A stretch of DNA of 43,353 nt from Clostridia bacterium (GCA_028699795.1 JAQVTZ010000002.1:1-43353); one strand, 5' to 3'. Counted from the first letter of the stretch, positions 18,364-26,566 are shown. The notes: generated by a model from the sequence alone, not told the origin. A program made the numbers and translations.

Positions 18364-18420
18364 CAATAAATAGCAGAGCTATTCGATATAAAAAACAAAT
18401 CACTTACGGGAGTATGTTAA

Positions 18421-20949
18421 ATGAAACAGAGCTTTAAGAAATATTTTGTTGTAATGCTTGCTGTTGTTTTAATATCAAGTTTGATGCTTGGTTGTAACGG
18501 TTGCATTAAAGATCCGCCAACGACGACACCTACAGACTATACCGTCGATATCGACATTTTGCCGGATCTCTATGACCTCAGTGTCAGCGCCAACGACTAT
18601 GCGCCAAGCGCCGTGACCTACGAATCGGTTGTAAGAAGCACGCAGGCGGATAAACTGCTGGCAAAGCAAGAGTCCGAAAAAGAGAAGCATAATTATATCG
18701 ATACCAATAGCGACGGCAATCTGGATTCCAACTTCGATACCGTCACAGGCAAATATGCTTGGGACAATGTTTACTATGATGCAGATGCCCAAGAATATGT
18801 ATGGGATGAAGACGGCGACGAAGGCGAAACCACTACCTTTACCAAGATTTTCCTTTTCTGCGATATCAATGCTCTCATCGGCAGAATGGCCGCTGCCGCA
18901 TTGCCGCAAGACAAGATGATAGAACTAATTGACTACATTACGCGCGATGACCCCGCGGGAGACGATTATCTCATGACAGCGGGTACAGGAAGCGCGATAC
19001 GCGACTACGAAGAGCTGGACGAACTTTACGATGTGTATGACGAAGACGACTCCGACAGCAATTACAGAAAGTTGCAACAAAAACGCCGCAAAGTGATGCA
19101 CGAAGTATTCGGCATCTTCCAAGACGATGCAGCATCCGCGGCAAGAACGGCAATCGAAATTCTCGCCTATGCCCAAGAAGTTGTCGCCACCGAAATGATA
19201 GACGATTACGAAGAAAACACAGGCTCGCGCCCCGGCTTTTACGATTTCTTTAAAGGGGAATTGTTCGACTACGATACGCTGGTTTATTTCCTTGCCTTCA
19301 ACGAAACTTGCGGGGCGACCGGAGATTATTTGCTAAGCAATGTCAATTATACGATTTCTGCCGTCAACAAAAAAGAGATGACCAAACTTTACGGCTACTA
19401 TTATCAATATCAAAAAAGAGATTTCGACCTCTTTACCGATACAGAATACTTCGAGTATTTGGATTTGAGCCTTTTAGATTATTACGATAATAAAGCCGAC
19501 GCGCTCAAATACAGAGATTACGACAGAGAGCATTATGCGGGCGCCTACAGATACTCTGCAGAATTTTATGAAAAATATTATCAAGCGCATTTCTTATTCC
19601 AAGGCAAACAAGAAAAGCAAGATATTAGAGTCTACGGTGTCGATAAAGATTGGTCTACCAGTTATGCCAACGAAATGCAGAAAGGTTGCGATGCCGGTAT
19701 GGAAGCGACCCTAAAGCTGAGCGATGTCAACTGGGAGTATAGCGCAACAGACAGCAATGTCACAAACTACAACATTGCGGCGAAAGCGTATTACAGCTTG
19801 CCCGAAGATGACAGAACGGGCAGCAAGCCCTCTAACGAAGCCAGACTTAAGTTGGTCAAACTCAGAGTCGAACAGCTTAAGAGCCAACATTATACCATAA
19901 CCCATAAATCGATTGAATCTGCCGATCTCGGCAATGCATTAAAGTACCAGATTTATTCTTTCAGCGGTGATTATGCCCGCACCTTGCTGTCTAACCGCAA
20001 AGACGATATTTATATGACGGCGGAGCGCGCAAGAATCGCTCCCGATGATACAGAAAAAATCAGCGCAAAGGACGAGGAAATCGGTCGCAACACAGCGATG
20101 TTTGCCAATCATAATTATTTCTATATCGAAAAGGGCAATGTGACACATCAGTTATCAATTGCGAATGAATATAATTGGGGTGAGATTGCCGATGGAATGG
20201 AACAAACTATCGCGTATGACTTCGAAGAATATCAAACGAAATATCTTGCAGGAGAACCGCCGGAAGTTATCGATGGCGAAACGGTAGATTATAATGACCC
20301 CGTAGATATCCAATTCGAAGACACGCTTATCAAAAAGAATATTGTAGGCGAAGGCGCCAACCAAAAGAAAGAGTACGATACCGACTGGGAAATCTCCCGT
20401 CTTTTGGATAACCACGAAAATGTCTTCCGTTATGCATTCGGACAGGTTGTCGTGTACTATATGGAAGGGGACAACCTCGAAGATTATACGCTAAAAGGCG
20501 AATATGTTACCGATAGTCAACATGCGCCCGATAGCATTATCGACCCCGAATCACCTGAGTTCTACAATAACACGATAAAAGCCATTAGTACATCCGACTT
20601 CGAGAAATTCTCAAGTAACGCCATAAACTATAGCGATTATCAAGAAGAAAGTTACGAATCCGATGAAAGAGTCGAGCTTGCCTTGTTTGCAGCTGGCGAA
20701 TGGGAGGGTATTTTGCCGACCAACGGGAATGTAAGCGGCTCTCCCTCGCTGTATACCTTCCAAAAAACCGAAACAGTTTCGGGCAATGCCAGAAATTATA
20801 ATTATTATCTTATTTTCGAAGGTTGGTATGTCGATGAGGACTTGCAATACAAAGCCGAATTGGAAGACGACCAGTTTGGAGAAGAGTACGATTATGATAT
20901 TCGCCTCTACCCCGGATATAAAGTTATAAAGGTGTTGCAAGAACAGTAA
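18421..20949 (+). CDS. Highly acidic D/E/Y-rich lipoprotein of unknown function, with a C-terminal Flg_new-like motif
   Basis: 842-aa ORF with GGGAG 8 nt upstream. Signal and lipobox read MKQSFKKYFVVMLAVVLISSLMLGC, followed by a PPTTTPT linker. An EF-hand/dockerin-like loop DTNSDGNLDSNFD lies at 18700..18738. The C-terminus reads LIFEGWYVDEDLQYKAE...IRLYPGYKV (20815..20919). I recognise no other family. Confidence 0.8.
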   Translation: MKQSFKKYFVVMLAVVLISSLMLGCNGCIKDPPTTTPTDYTVDIDILPDLYDLSVSANDYAPSAVTYESVVRSTQADKLLAKQESEKEKHNYIDTNSDGNLDSNFDTVTGKYAWDNVYYDADAQEYVWDEDGDEGETTTFTKIFLFCDINALIGRMAAAALPQDKMIELIDYITRDDPAGDDYLMTAGTGSAIRDYEELDELYDVYDEDDSDSNYRKLQQKRRKVMHEVFGIFQDDAASAARTAIEILAYAQEVVATEMIDDYEENTGSRPGFYDFFKGELFDYDTLVYFLAFNETCGATGDYLLSNVNYTISAVNKKEMTKLYGYYYQYQKRDFDLFTDTEYFEYLDLSLLDYYDNKADALKYRDYDREHYAGAYRYSAEFYEKYYQAHFLFQGKQEKQDIRVYGVDKDWSTSYANEMQKGCDAGMEATLKLSDVNWEYSATDSNVTNYNIAAKAYYSLPEDDRTGSKPSNEARLKLVKLRVEQLKSQHYTITHKSIESADLGNALKYQIYSFSGDYARTLLSNRKDDIYMTAERARIAPDDTEKISAKDEEIGRNTAMFANHNYFYIEKGNVTHQLSIANEYNWGEIADGMEQTIAYDFEEYQTKYLAGEPPEVIDGETVDYNDPVDIQFEDTLIKKNIVGEGANQKKEYDTDWEISRLLDNHENVFRYAFGQVVVYYMEGDNLEDYTLKGEYVTDSQHAPDSIIDPESPEFYNNTIKAISTSDFEKFSSNAINYSDYQEESYESDERVELALFAAGEWEGILPTNGNVSGSPSLYTFQKTETVSGNARNYNYYLIFEGWYVDEDLQYKAELEDDQFGEEYDYDIRLYPGYKVIKVLQEQ

Positions 20950-20973
20950 TGATTCAAAACAATACTCGTTTTT

Positions 20974-21009
20974 ACCCCCGCGCAGGTACCCGCGCGGGGG
21001 TAATTTTTT
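20974..21009 (+). terminator. Rho-independent terminator closing the surface-protein gene pair
   Basis: A 10-bp GC-rich stem pairs ACCCCCGCGC (20974..20983) with GCGCGGGGGT (20992..21001). The loop is 8 nt and a TTTTTT tract follows at 21004..21009. Confidence 0.85.
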
Positions 21010-21064
21010 GCCTATCTTTATAGGTTGCGGGTATAGAACATCAGGCGTCCCAATAAAATACTAT

Positions 21065-22051
21065 ATGAATATCGTGGCATCCGTTTTTACTTTTTTGGCA
21101 GGTCTCGGCGTTTTTCTGTTGGGTATGAAATTGATTTCGGTGCATATGCAAGGGCTTGCGGCGGATAATATCAAACACATGCTTTCCAAGACATCCAACA
21201 ATAAACTTGCAAGCGTAGGACTGGGGGTAGGAGCGTCGTTTCTTTTGCAAAGCTCTACGGCGACTACCGTCATTTTGTTGGGATTGGTGAACGCGGGACT
21301 CGTCAATCTGTTTCAGTCTGCGTTAATCATTATGGGCGCCAATATCGGCACAACTTTTACCGTGCTGTTTTTTTCGTTCAGCTATCTTCCGATTAGCGAA
21401 ATCCTTTCTTCTTGCGCGCTTATCGGTGTTTTTATGGTGCTTGCGGCAAAGAATCCCAAAATTGCCTTGGCAGGTTGGGTGGTCTCGGGCTTTGGCCTTA
21501 TTTTTATCGGCCTCAATATGATGAGCAACGGCGTGGATTTTTTGAAAACTTCCGAAGTGTTTTCAAAGCTACTGCTTTCGCTGGATAACATGGTGTTGCT
21601 GGTCATAGTGGGTCTATTGTTCAGCGCGATTACACAATCCAGCAATGCCACAACGGGTGTGGTGATTACTTTGGCGGAAGCGGGGTTGATGCCCGTCACC
21701 GCGGCTTTTGCGATTATTATGGGCAGCAATGTGGGTACCTGTGTGACAGCGATGCTGGCAAGCGTCGGTACCAGTCTGAACGCAAGAAGGGCGGCAGTTA
21801 TTCACCTTATGTATAACGCGGCGGGCGTTATGCTGTTTTTGCCGTTTGTGATGGTAGGTCGCGCTTCTATTGACCGCGCGCTCTCTTCCACTTTTACCCC
21901 CTCGCTATCTGTTGCTTACTTCCACATACTGTTTAACATGGTCACAACAATTTTGTTGTTGCCTTTTGCAAAAAACCTTACCGAGCTTGCAATAAAGTGC
22001 GTTCCCGAAAAAAATTCTTCCAGAAGTAAAATAATGACAAAAACAGGTTGA
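21065..22051 (+). CDS. Na+/phosphate cotransporter family protein (no PhoU-like C-terminal domain)
   Basis: MNIVASVFTFLAGLGVFLLGMKLISVHMQGLA plus a second internal repeat (ITQSSNATTGVVITLAEAG, GSNVGTCVTA) is typical of the Na_Pi_cotrans family. The start is ATG 21065, because the extension to 21008 overlaps the terminator. Confidence 0.8.
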   Translation: MNIVASVFTFLAGLGVFLLGMKLISVHMQGLAADNIKHMLSKTSNNKLASVGLGVGASFLLQSSTATTVILLGLVNAGLVNLFQSALIIMGANIGTTFTVLFFSFSYLPISEILSSCALIGVFMVLAAKNPKIALAGWVVSGFGLIFIGLNMMSNGVDFLKTSEVFSKLLLSLDNMVLLVIVGLLFSAITQSSNATTGVVITLAEAGLMPVTAAFAIIMGSNVGTCVTAMLASVGTSLNARRAAVIHLMYNAAGVMLFLPFVMVGRASIDRALSSTFTPSLSVAYFHILFNMVTTILLLPFAKNLTELAIKCVPEKNSSRSKIMTKTG

Positions 22052-22076
22052 CAACCATCGTCATTATGTATATAAT
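22048..22076 (+). promoter_or_regulatory. Consensus sigma-A promoter for the acyltransferase gene
   Basis: Perfect TTGACA (22048..22053), 17-nt spacer, perfect TATAAT (22071..22076). An imperfect inverted repeat GTGATT-N8-AATCAC (22077..22096) follows directly. Confidence 0.7.
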
Positions 22077-22106
22077 GTGATTAGATACTAAATCACGAGG
22101 TATACT

Positions 22107-23405
22107 ATGACGATCACAGCTGAAATGTGGGACAAAATGCAACATATTATGGCGCGTTATAACGATCATATGATCCATATTATCGCAAAGTTTGACGGCC
22201 AAGCGGATGCGCCTATCTTAAAAAAAGCTTTCGACATTGCCATAAACAAAGTTAAAATTTTGAAGTCCGTATTTGTATGGGGGCTATCTAAACCGCAGTG
22301 GAGAGAAATAGAAAACTTTACTATTGACGATGTTTTTACCACTTTAGAGGTTGCAAAAGACCCCGACGCATATGCCGAAAGCAAGGTGCTGGGCATAATA
22401 AAAGAGAGCAAGGAAGCGCAAATTAAGGTGTGGCTTATAAGACATGGCGGTAAGGATACTTTGGCAATGCTTCTTAATCATATGTGTTTCGACGGCGCGG
22501 ATGCCAAAATTTTTATGTACTATGTTGCAGGGGTCTATAACGACTTAAAGAAGGGCGGGGACGGAGAAATTCCGCTCAAACAAGGCTCTCGCAGCGCATG
22601 GCAAATCTATAAGAGTCTGGCCCCTGCGCAGTACGACGAGGCAATGAAGCTGATAAGCTACAGCAAAAAACAAAAAGCGAAAATAGCCTATCCCTTTTCC
22701 AAATCCTCTGGAAAAGAGCGTTTCCCCAAAATCAATAAATTGGTATTATCCCAAGAAATGTTTTTAAAACTAAAGAAAAAAACCAAAGAAGTGGGCGTAT
22801 CCTTAAACGATCTTGTCCTCGCGGCTTTTTACCGCGTCACATTAAAAATGGTACAGTTAGAAGAAGGACAGACGCTGGGTATTCCCAACATGGTAGACTT
22901 AAGAAGATATCTGCCGAACGGCGAGAGTCAAGGGTTATGCAATCTGACTTCGATGGTCGTAAGCAATCTTGGTAACGAAATCGGCGCAGATATTCTCGAA
23001 ACGGTGCAAAAGGCCAAAATGAGCATGGATGAGCTTAAGGGATACTATCCGGGGCTTCATGGGCTCCCGTTACTCAAAAAAGTGTTGGATATCTTGCCAT
23101 ATCCTATCGCATGGTTTTTAATTGGAACTTTCTTCAAAAACCCCCTGATAGGGATTAGCAATATCGGCTTGATAGACAACAAAGAGTTTGGGTTCGACGG
23201 GCTTACCGTAGAAGATGTTTATATGACAGGCTCGGTTAAGTATTCGCCCTATATGCAGCTTGCTTTGTCCACTTTTAACAATATTATGACCCACACCGTA
23301 GCGGTATACGGGACAGAGAAAGACCACAAGATGTTTCAAAAGATGTTGGAGCTGTATTTGTCGGAACTGGAATCGTTTATAAAAACCAAACCCGCCCAAA
23401 AATGA
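22107..23405 (+). CDS. Stand-alone condensation / CAT-fold (HxxxDG) acyltransferase-like protein
   Basis: 432-aa ORF with GAGG 6 nt upstream. The catalytic-type motif NHMCFDG (HMCFDG at 22479..22496) sits about 125 aa from the N-terminus, as in condensation, WS-DGAT and alcohol acetyltransferase families. Confidence 0.6.
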   Translation: MTITAEMWDKMQHIMARYNDHMIHIIAKFDGQADAPILKKAFDIAINKVKILKSVFVWGLSKPQWREIENFTIDDVFTTLEVAKDPDAYAESKVLGIIKESKEAQIKVWLIRHGGKDTLAMLLNHMCFDGADAKIFMYYVAGVYNDLKKGGDGEIPLKQGSRSAWQIYKSLAPAQYDEAMKLISYSKKQKAKIAYPFSKSSGKERFPKINKLVLSQEMFLKLKKKTKEVGVSLNDLVLAAFYRVTLKMVQLEEGQTLGIPNMVDLRRYLPNGESQGLCNLTSMVVSNLGNEIGADILETVQKAKMSMDELKGYYPGLHGLPLLKKVLDILPYPIAWFLIGTFFKNPLIGISNIGLIDNKEFGFDGLTVEDVYMTGSVKYSPYMQLALSTFNNIMTHTVAVYGTEKDHKMFQKMLELYLSELESFIKTKPAQK

Positions 23406-23427
23406 TCTTTTTCATGGTTATAGAAAG

Positions 23428-23460
23428 AAAAGCGGCTGTTTTTGCAGCCGTTTTTCTTTT
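23428..23460 (+). terminator. Rho-independent terminator after the acyltransferase gene
   Basis: Stem CGGCTG (23433..23438) pairs with CAGCCG (23445..23450) and is extendable with flanking A/U pairs. TTTTTCTTTT follows. Confidence 0.6.
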
Positions 23461-23494
23461 TGCGGAAAACCAATTGTGGTTTGTGGTAAGAATT

Positions 23495-23525
23495 CTTGCG
23501 AATAATATACTTGATTATTCGCAAG
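23495..23525. promoter_or_regulatory. Perfect 12-bp inverted repeat (operator-like, or a second terminator) upstream of luxS
   Basis: CTTGCGAATAAT (23495..23506), then 7 nt, then ATTATTCGCAAG (23514..23525), followed by TTTT. It overlaps a candidate luxS promoter: -35 TTGATT at 23511..23516, 17-nt spacer, -10 TACAAT at 23534..23539. Confidence 0.55.
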
Positions 23526-23575
23526 TTTTGTATTACAATTATATCTTAGTAAAGAATATTAAACGGGGAAGTAAA

Positions 23576-24115
23576 ATGCAAACAATTCCGTCTTTCACAG
23601 TAGATCATCTTAAGCTAAAAAGTGGGCTTTTCGTATCTCGCAAGGATATACTTGGCAGCGTTGTCATTACTACTTTCGATTTAAGGCTAAAGCGGCCTTA
23701 CCATGACCCCGTGATGGATACGGCATCGGTACATGCGCTAGAGCACATATGCGCGACTTATCTTAGAAACGATGCGCTTTGGGGCGAAAGAGTGCTATAT
23801 TTCGGACCGATGGGTTGCCGTACGGGTTTTTATTTAATCATGATAGGTGATTTTTCTTCGGAAGACATTCTGCCGCTTGTCGAAAGAACATTCGATTATG
23901 CTTCGGATTTCGAGGGGGACATACCGGGAGCAACGCCAAAAGAGTGCGGCTATTGTGTCGATATGGACTTAGAGCTTGCCAAAACAGACGCCGCCATGTA
24001 CTACAATATTCTTATTGCCCCCAAAAAAGAAAATCTTTTCTATCCCGTAAAGAGGACGCGCAAACCCAAAGCAAAACCCGATACGGGTACCGTCGATGAT
24101 AATCAGGAGGAATAA
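23576..24115 (+). CDS. luxS: S-ribosylhomocysteine lyase (AI-2 synthase)
   Basis: MQTIPSFTVDHLKL... carries the metal-binding HALEH motif, GPMGCRTGFYL and a C-terminal CG. The N-terminal extension shown in the ORF track (23402) spans the terminator and the inverted repeat, so it was rejected. GGGGAAG lies upstream of the ATG. Confidence 0.9.
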   Translation: MQTIPSFTVDHLKLKSGLFVSRKDILGSVVITTFDLRLKRPYHDPVMDTASVHALEHICATYLRNDALWGERVLYFGPMGCRTGFYLIMIGDFSSEDILPLVERTFDYASDFEGDIPGATPKECGYCVDMDLELAKTDAAMYYNILIAPKKENLFYPVKRTRKPKAKPDTGTVDDNQEE

Positions 24116-25231
24116 ATGACAGATCCCAGAGTAGAAAAACTGGCAAAAGTATTGGTGCAATATTCTTGCGCGTTGCAAAAAGGAGAAAAAATCCTTATCG
24201 ATGCAAGAGGAGTAGATTACTCCATCGTCAATGCAATTATAAAAGAGGTAAAGAATGCGGGCGGATTGCCTTTTGTAAATGTAACAGATAACCGTGTACA
24301 AAGCGCGCTTCTTAAACAGATGACCAAAGAGCTTGCCCAAGCAATGGCCAAGTATGACGGAGCCAGAATGGCAGAAATGCACGCCTATATCGGCATAAGA
24401 GGCGGCAACAATTGTTATGAAACAAGCGATGTAGAGTCCGCCAAAATGCAAATTTATGACAAGTATTATGCCCATCCCGTCCATCACGAGTTGCGGGTTG
24501 CCAAAACAAAATGGGTTGTTTTGCGTTACCCTACCGAAGGGATGAGCGCGCTTGCAAAAATGAGCACGGATGCCTTCGAAGAATTTTATTTTAATGTATG
24601 CACATTGGATTACCGCAAAATGGATAAGGCGATGGACCCTTTGGTAGAACTGATTGCCAAAACGAATAAGGTTCGTATTGTCGCCAAAGATACCGATCTC
24701 AGCTTTAGTATCAAAGGCATGGGCAGCGAAAAATGCTCGGGCTTGCGCAACATACCGGACGGCGAAGTCTATACCGCGCCCATAAAGGACAGCGTAAACG
24801 GAGTAATTCATTACAATGTGCCATCTATCGAAAACGGTATCGAGTTTACCAATGTAAGACTTGTTTTTAAAAATGGCAAAATTGTCGAGGCGACCGCCAA
24901 CAAAACCGATGCCGCCAATGGTATCTTTGATACCGATGAGGGCGCGAGATATGTGGGAGAGTTCGCATTCGGCGTCAATCCCTATATTATGAAGCCGATG
25001 GGGGATATCCTGTTCGACGAAAAGATATCGGGTTCTATCCACTTTACACCGGGCAGTTGCTATGACGATGTCAACAACGGCAACAAAAGCGCGATACACT
25101 GGGATCTCGTGCAGGTGCAAACGCCCGAGTACGGCGGCGGCGAAATCTATTTCGACGGCAAGCTGATACGAAAAGACGGCAGATTTGTTTTGCCGGAACT
25201 GGATTGCCTCAACCCCGAAAATTTATTATAA
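24116..25231 (+). CDS. M29 family aminopeptidase (AmpS/PepS-like)
   Basis: 371 aa. MTDPRVEKLAKVLVQYSCALQKGEKILI...EVYTAP...GEFAFGVNP...IHFTPG has the typical thermophilic-metalloprotease (M29) layout. The ATG abuts the luxS stop, and an AGGAGGA RBS lies inside the luxS 3' end. Confidence 0.85.
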   Translation: MTDPRVEKLAKVLVQYSCALQKGEKILIDARGVDYSIVNAIIKEVKNAGGLPFVNVTDNRVQSALLKQMTKELAQAMAKYDGARMAEMHAYIGIRGGNNCYETSDVESAKMQIYDKYYAHPVHHELRVAKTKWVVLRYPTEGMSALAKMSTDAFEEFYFNVCTLDYRKMDKAMDPLVELIAKTNKVRIVAKDTDLSFSIKGMGSEKCSGLRNIPDGEVYTAPIKDSVNGVIHYNVPSIENGIEFTNVRLVFKNGKIVEATANKTDAANGIFDTDEGARYVGEFAFGVNPYIMKPMGDILFDEKISGSIHFTPGSCYDDVNNGNKSAIHWDLVQVQTPEYGGGEIYFDGKLIRKDGRFVLPELDCLNPENLL

Positions 25232-25238
25232 TATTATT

Positions 25239-26474
25239 ATGAGTTGTTATAAGCAAAGCGAAAAACAAACCGTAGTAAACAAGCCCAGCAAGCTATTGTA
25301 TTGGCTGTTGGTGCCGCTTGCCAATCTTATCGCAAAGATCCTGTTCGGTTTTAGAGTCCACAAGGATCAATCCATAAAGCAAATAAAAGGACCTTTTGTC
25401 GCAATCGGTACCCACTCTTGCACAATGGATGTCGCTTTTATGATGCTTGCGATGATGCCGCATCCCCTCAATATCGTTTGCGGCAGAGATGTTTTTACAT
25501 GGAAACCCGTCAAACCTATTTTAAGTAAAGCCGGCCTTATTCCCATAAGCCAGTTTGAGGCAGACCTTTACAGCATCCGCCTGATGAAAAAAGCCGTCAT
25601 GAAAGGTTGTAGCCTTTCTTTGTTTCCCGAGGGCAAGAGGTCGATAGACGGCAGAAACTTGCACTATCTTTCGCCCAGTCTTGCCAAACTCATCAAGTTT
25701 TTGGATGTGCCCATTGTGATGTGCCATAATAACGGCGGATATTGTGTCAGCCCGCGTTGGTCCAAAGCAAAGCGCCGTGGCAAGGTGTTGCAGGATACAA
25801 AACTGCTGTTTACGGCAGAGCAGATACGCTCGATGTCGGTGGGCGAAATCTATAAGAAACTCAGAGAAGAGTTCAGTTACAACGACAACTTGTACCAAAA
25901 AGAACATCATTTGCGAATCAAATGCAAGAAACCCGCTTTAGGGCTGCATTATTTGCTCTATAAATGCCCCAAATGCGGCGCCGAATACCAAATGGAATCC
26001 ACAGAAAATGAGCTCCGTTGTACCGCTTGCGGTAACACGGCGATAGTAAACGAATACGGCGAAATTGTCGCAAAAGAAGGCGGCGTGGCGTATTCCAGAC
26101 TAGATATCTGGTACGACTTCGAAAAGGAAGCCGTTCGCGAAGAAATCGCCAAGCCGGATTTCTTTATTTCCAAACCCGTTAGTTGGAAAATCAACGACCC
26201 CGAAACCAATATCTATCACGAAAAGGGCGAAGGCGAATTGTATATCAATACAGAAGAAATCGGTTTCCGCGGTAAGGATCACAATGGAGAGGTGCGCACG
26301 CTACGCATCGCTCTCAAAGGTCTACATACGATTGTGCAAAAGGTGGACGAAGCCATAGACCTCACAATAGACGGCGTTATTAACAGATTTTATTTTAAAG
26401 AGAACAAGTTCAGCGCAAAATATAACCTTATTGTAGAAGAGTATTTTAGGAAGATGCACGGGTTGGATGAGTAA
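25239..26474 (+). CDS. PlsC-type lysophospholipid acyltransferase with a C-terminal Zn-ribbon-containing extension
   Basis: HX4D motif HSCTMD at 25413..25430, motif III FPEGKRS and an N-terminal TM helix are present. A CPKC...CTAC Zn-ribbon lies at 25965..26030, followed by about 150 further residues. The start is ATG 25239; the 25185 extension overlaps the aminopeptidase. Confidence 0.8.
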   Translation: MSCYKQSEKQTVVNKPSKLLYWLLVPLANLIAKILFGFRVHKDQSIKQIKGPFVAIGTHSCTMDVAFMMLAMMPHPLNIVCGRDVFTWKPVKPILSKAGLIPISQFEADLYSIRLMKKAVMKGCSLSLFPEGKRSIDGRNLHYLSPSLAKLIKFLDVPIVMCHNNGGYCVSPRWSKAKRRGKVLQDTKLLFTAEQIRSMSVGEIYKKLREEFSYNDNLYQKEHHLRIKCKKPALGLHYLLYKCPKCGAEYQMESTENELRCTACGNTAIVNEYGEIVAKEGGVAYSRLDIWYDFEKEAVREEIAKPDFFISKPVSWKINDPETNIYHEKGEGELYINTEEIGFRGKDHNGEVRTLRIALKGLHTIVQKVDEAIDLTIDGVINRFYFKENKFSAKYNLIVEEYFRKMHGLDE

Positions 26475-26477
26475 AAT

Positions 26478-26558
26478 AAATTACAAATTACAATGTACAA
26501 ATTACAAATAAGGACGAAATCAAATTACAAATTACAGTGTACAAATTACAAATAAGGA
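26478..26558. repeat. Two copies of a 37-nt direct repeat (44-nt period) built of TTACAAA-like heptads
   Basis: 26478..26514 reads AAATTACAAATTACAATGTACAAATTACAAATAAGGA. 26522..26558 reads AAATTACAAATTACAGTGTACAAATTACAAATAAGGA. The two copies differ by one mismatch. Confidence 0.9.
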
Positions 26559-26566
26559 TTAGAGTT

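Noticed and set aside
23406-23575. S-box (SAM) riboswitch or T-box leader for luxS
   Set aside because: The leader is too short. It shows neither the conserved S-box helices and kink-turn nor a T-box AGGGUGGNACC sequence. Only the two hairpins reported above are present.
23969-25120. 383-aa - strand ORF
   Set aside because: It is antisense to the M29 aminopeptidase and the luxS 3' end, both of which carry clear family motifs. The antisense translation has no recognisable motifs.
26478-26558. Possible CRISPR array, suggested by the 37-nt direct repeats
   Set aside because: There are only two copies, separated by 7 nt rather than a spacer of about 30 nt. The repeat is AT-rich with internal heptad structure, and no cas genes are present.
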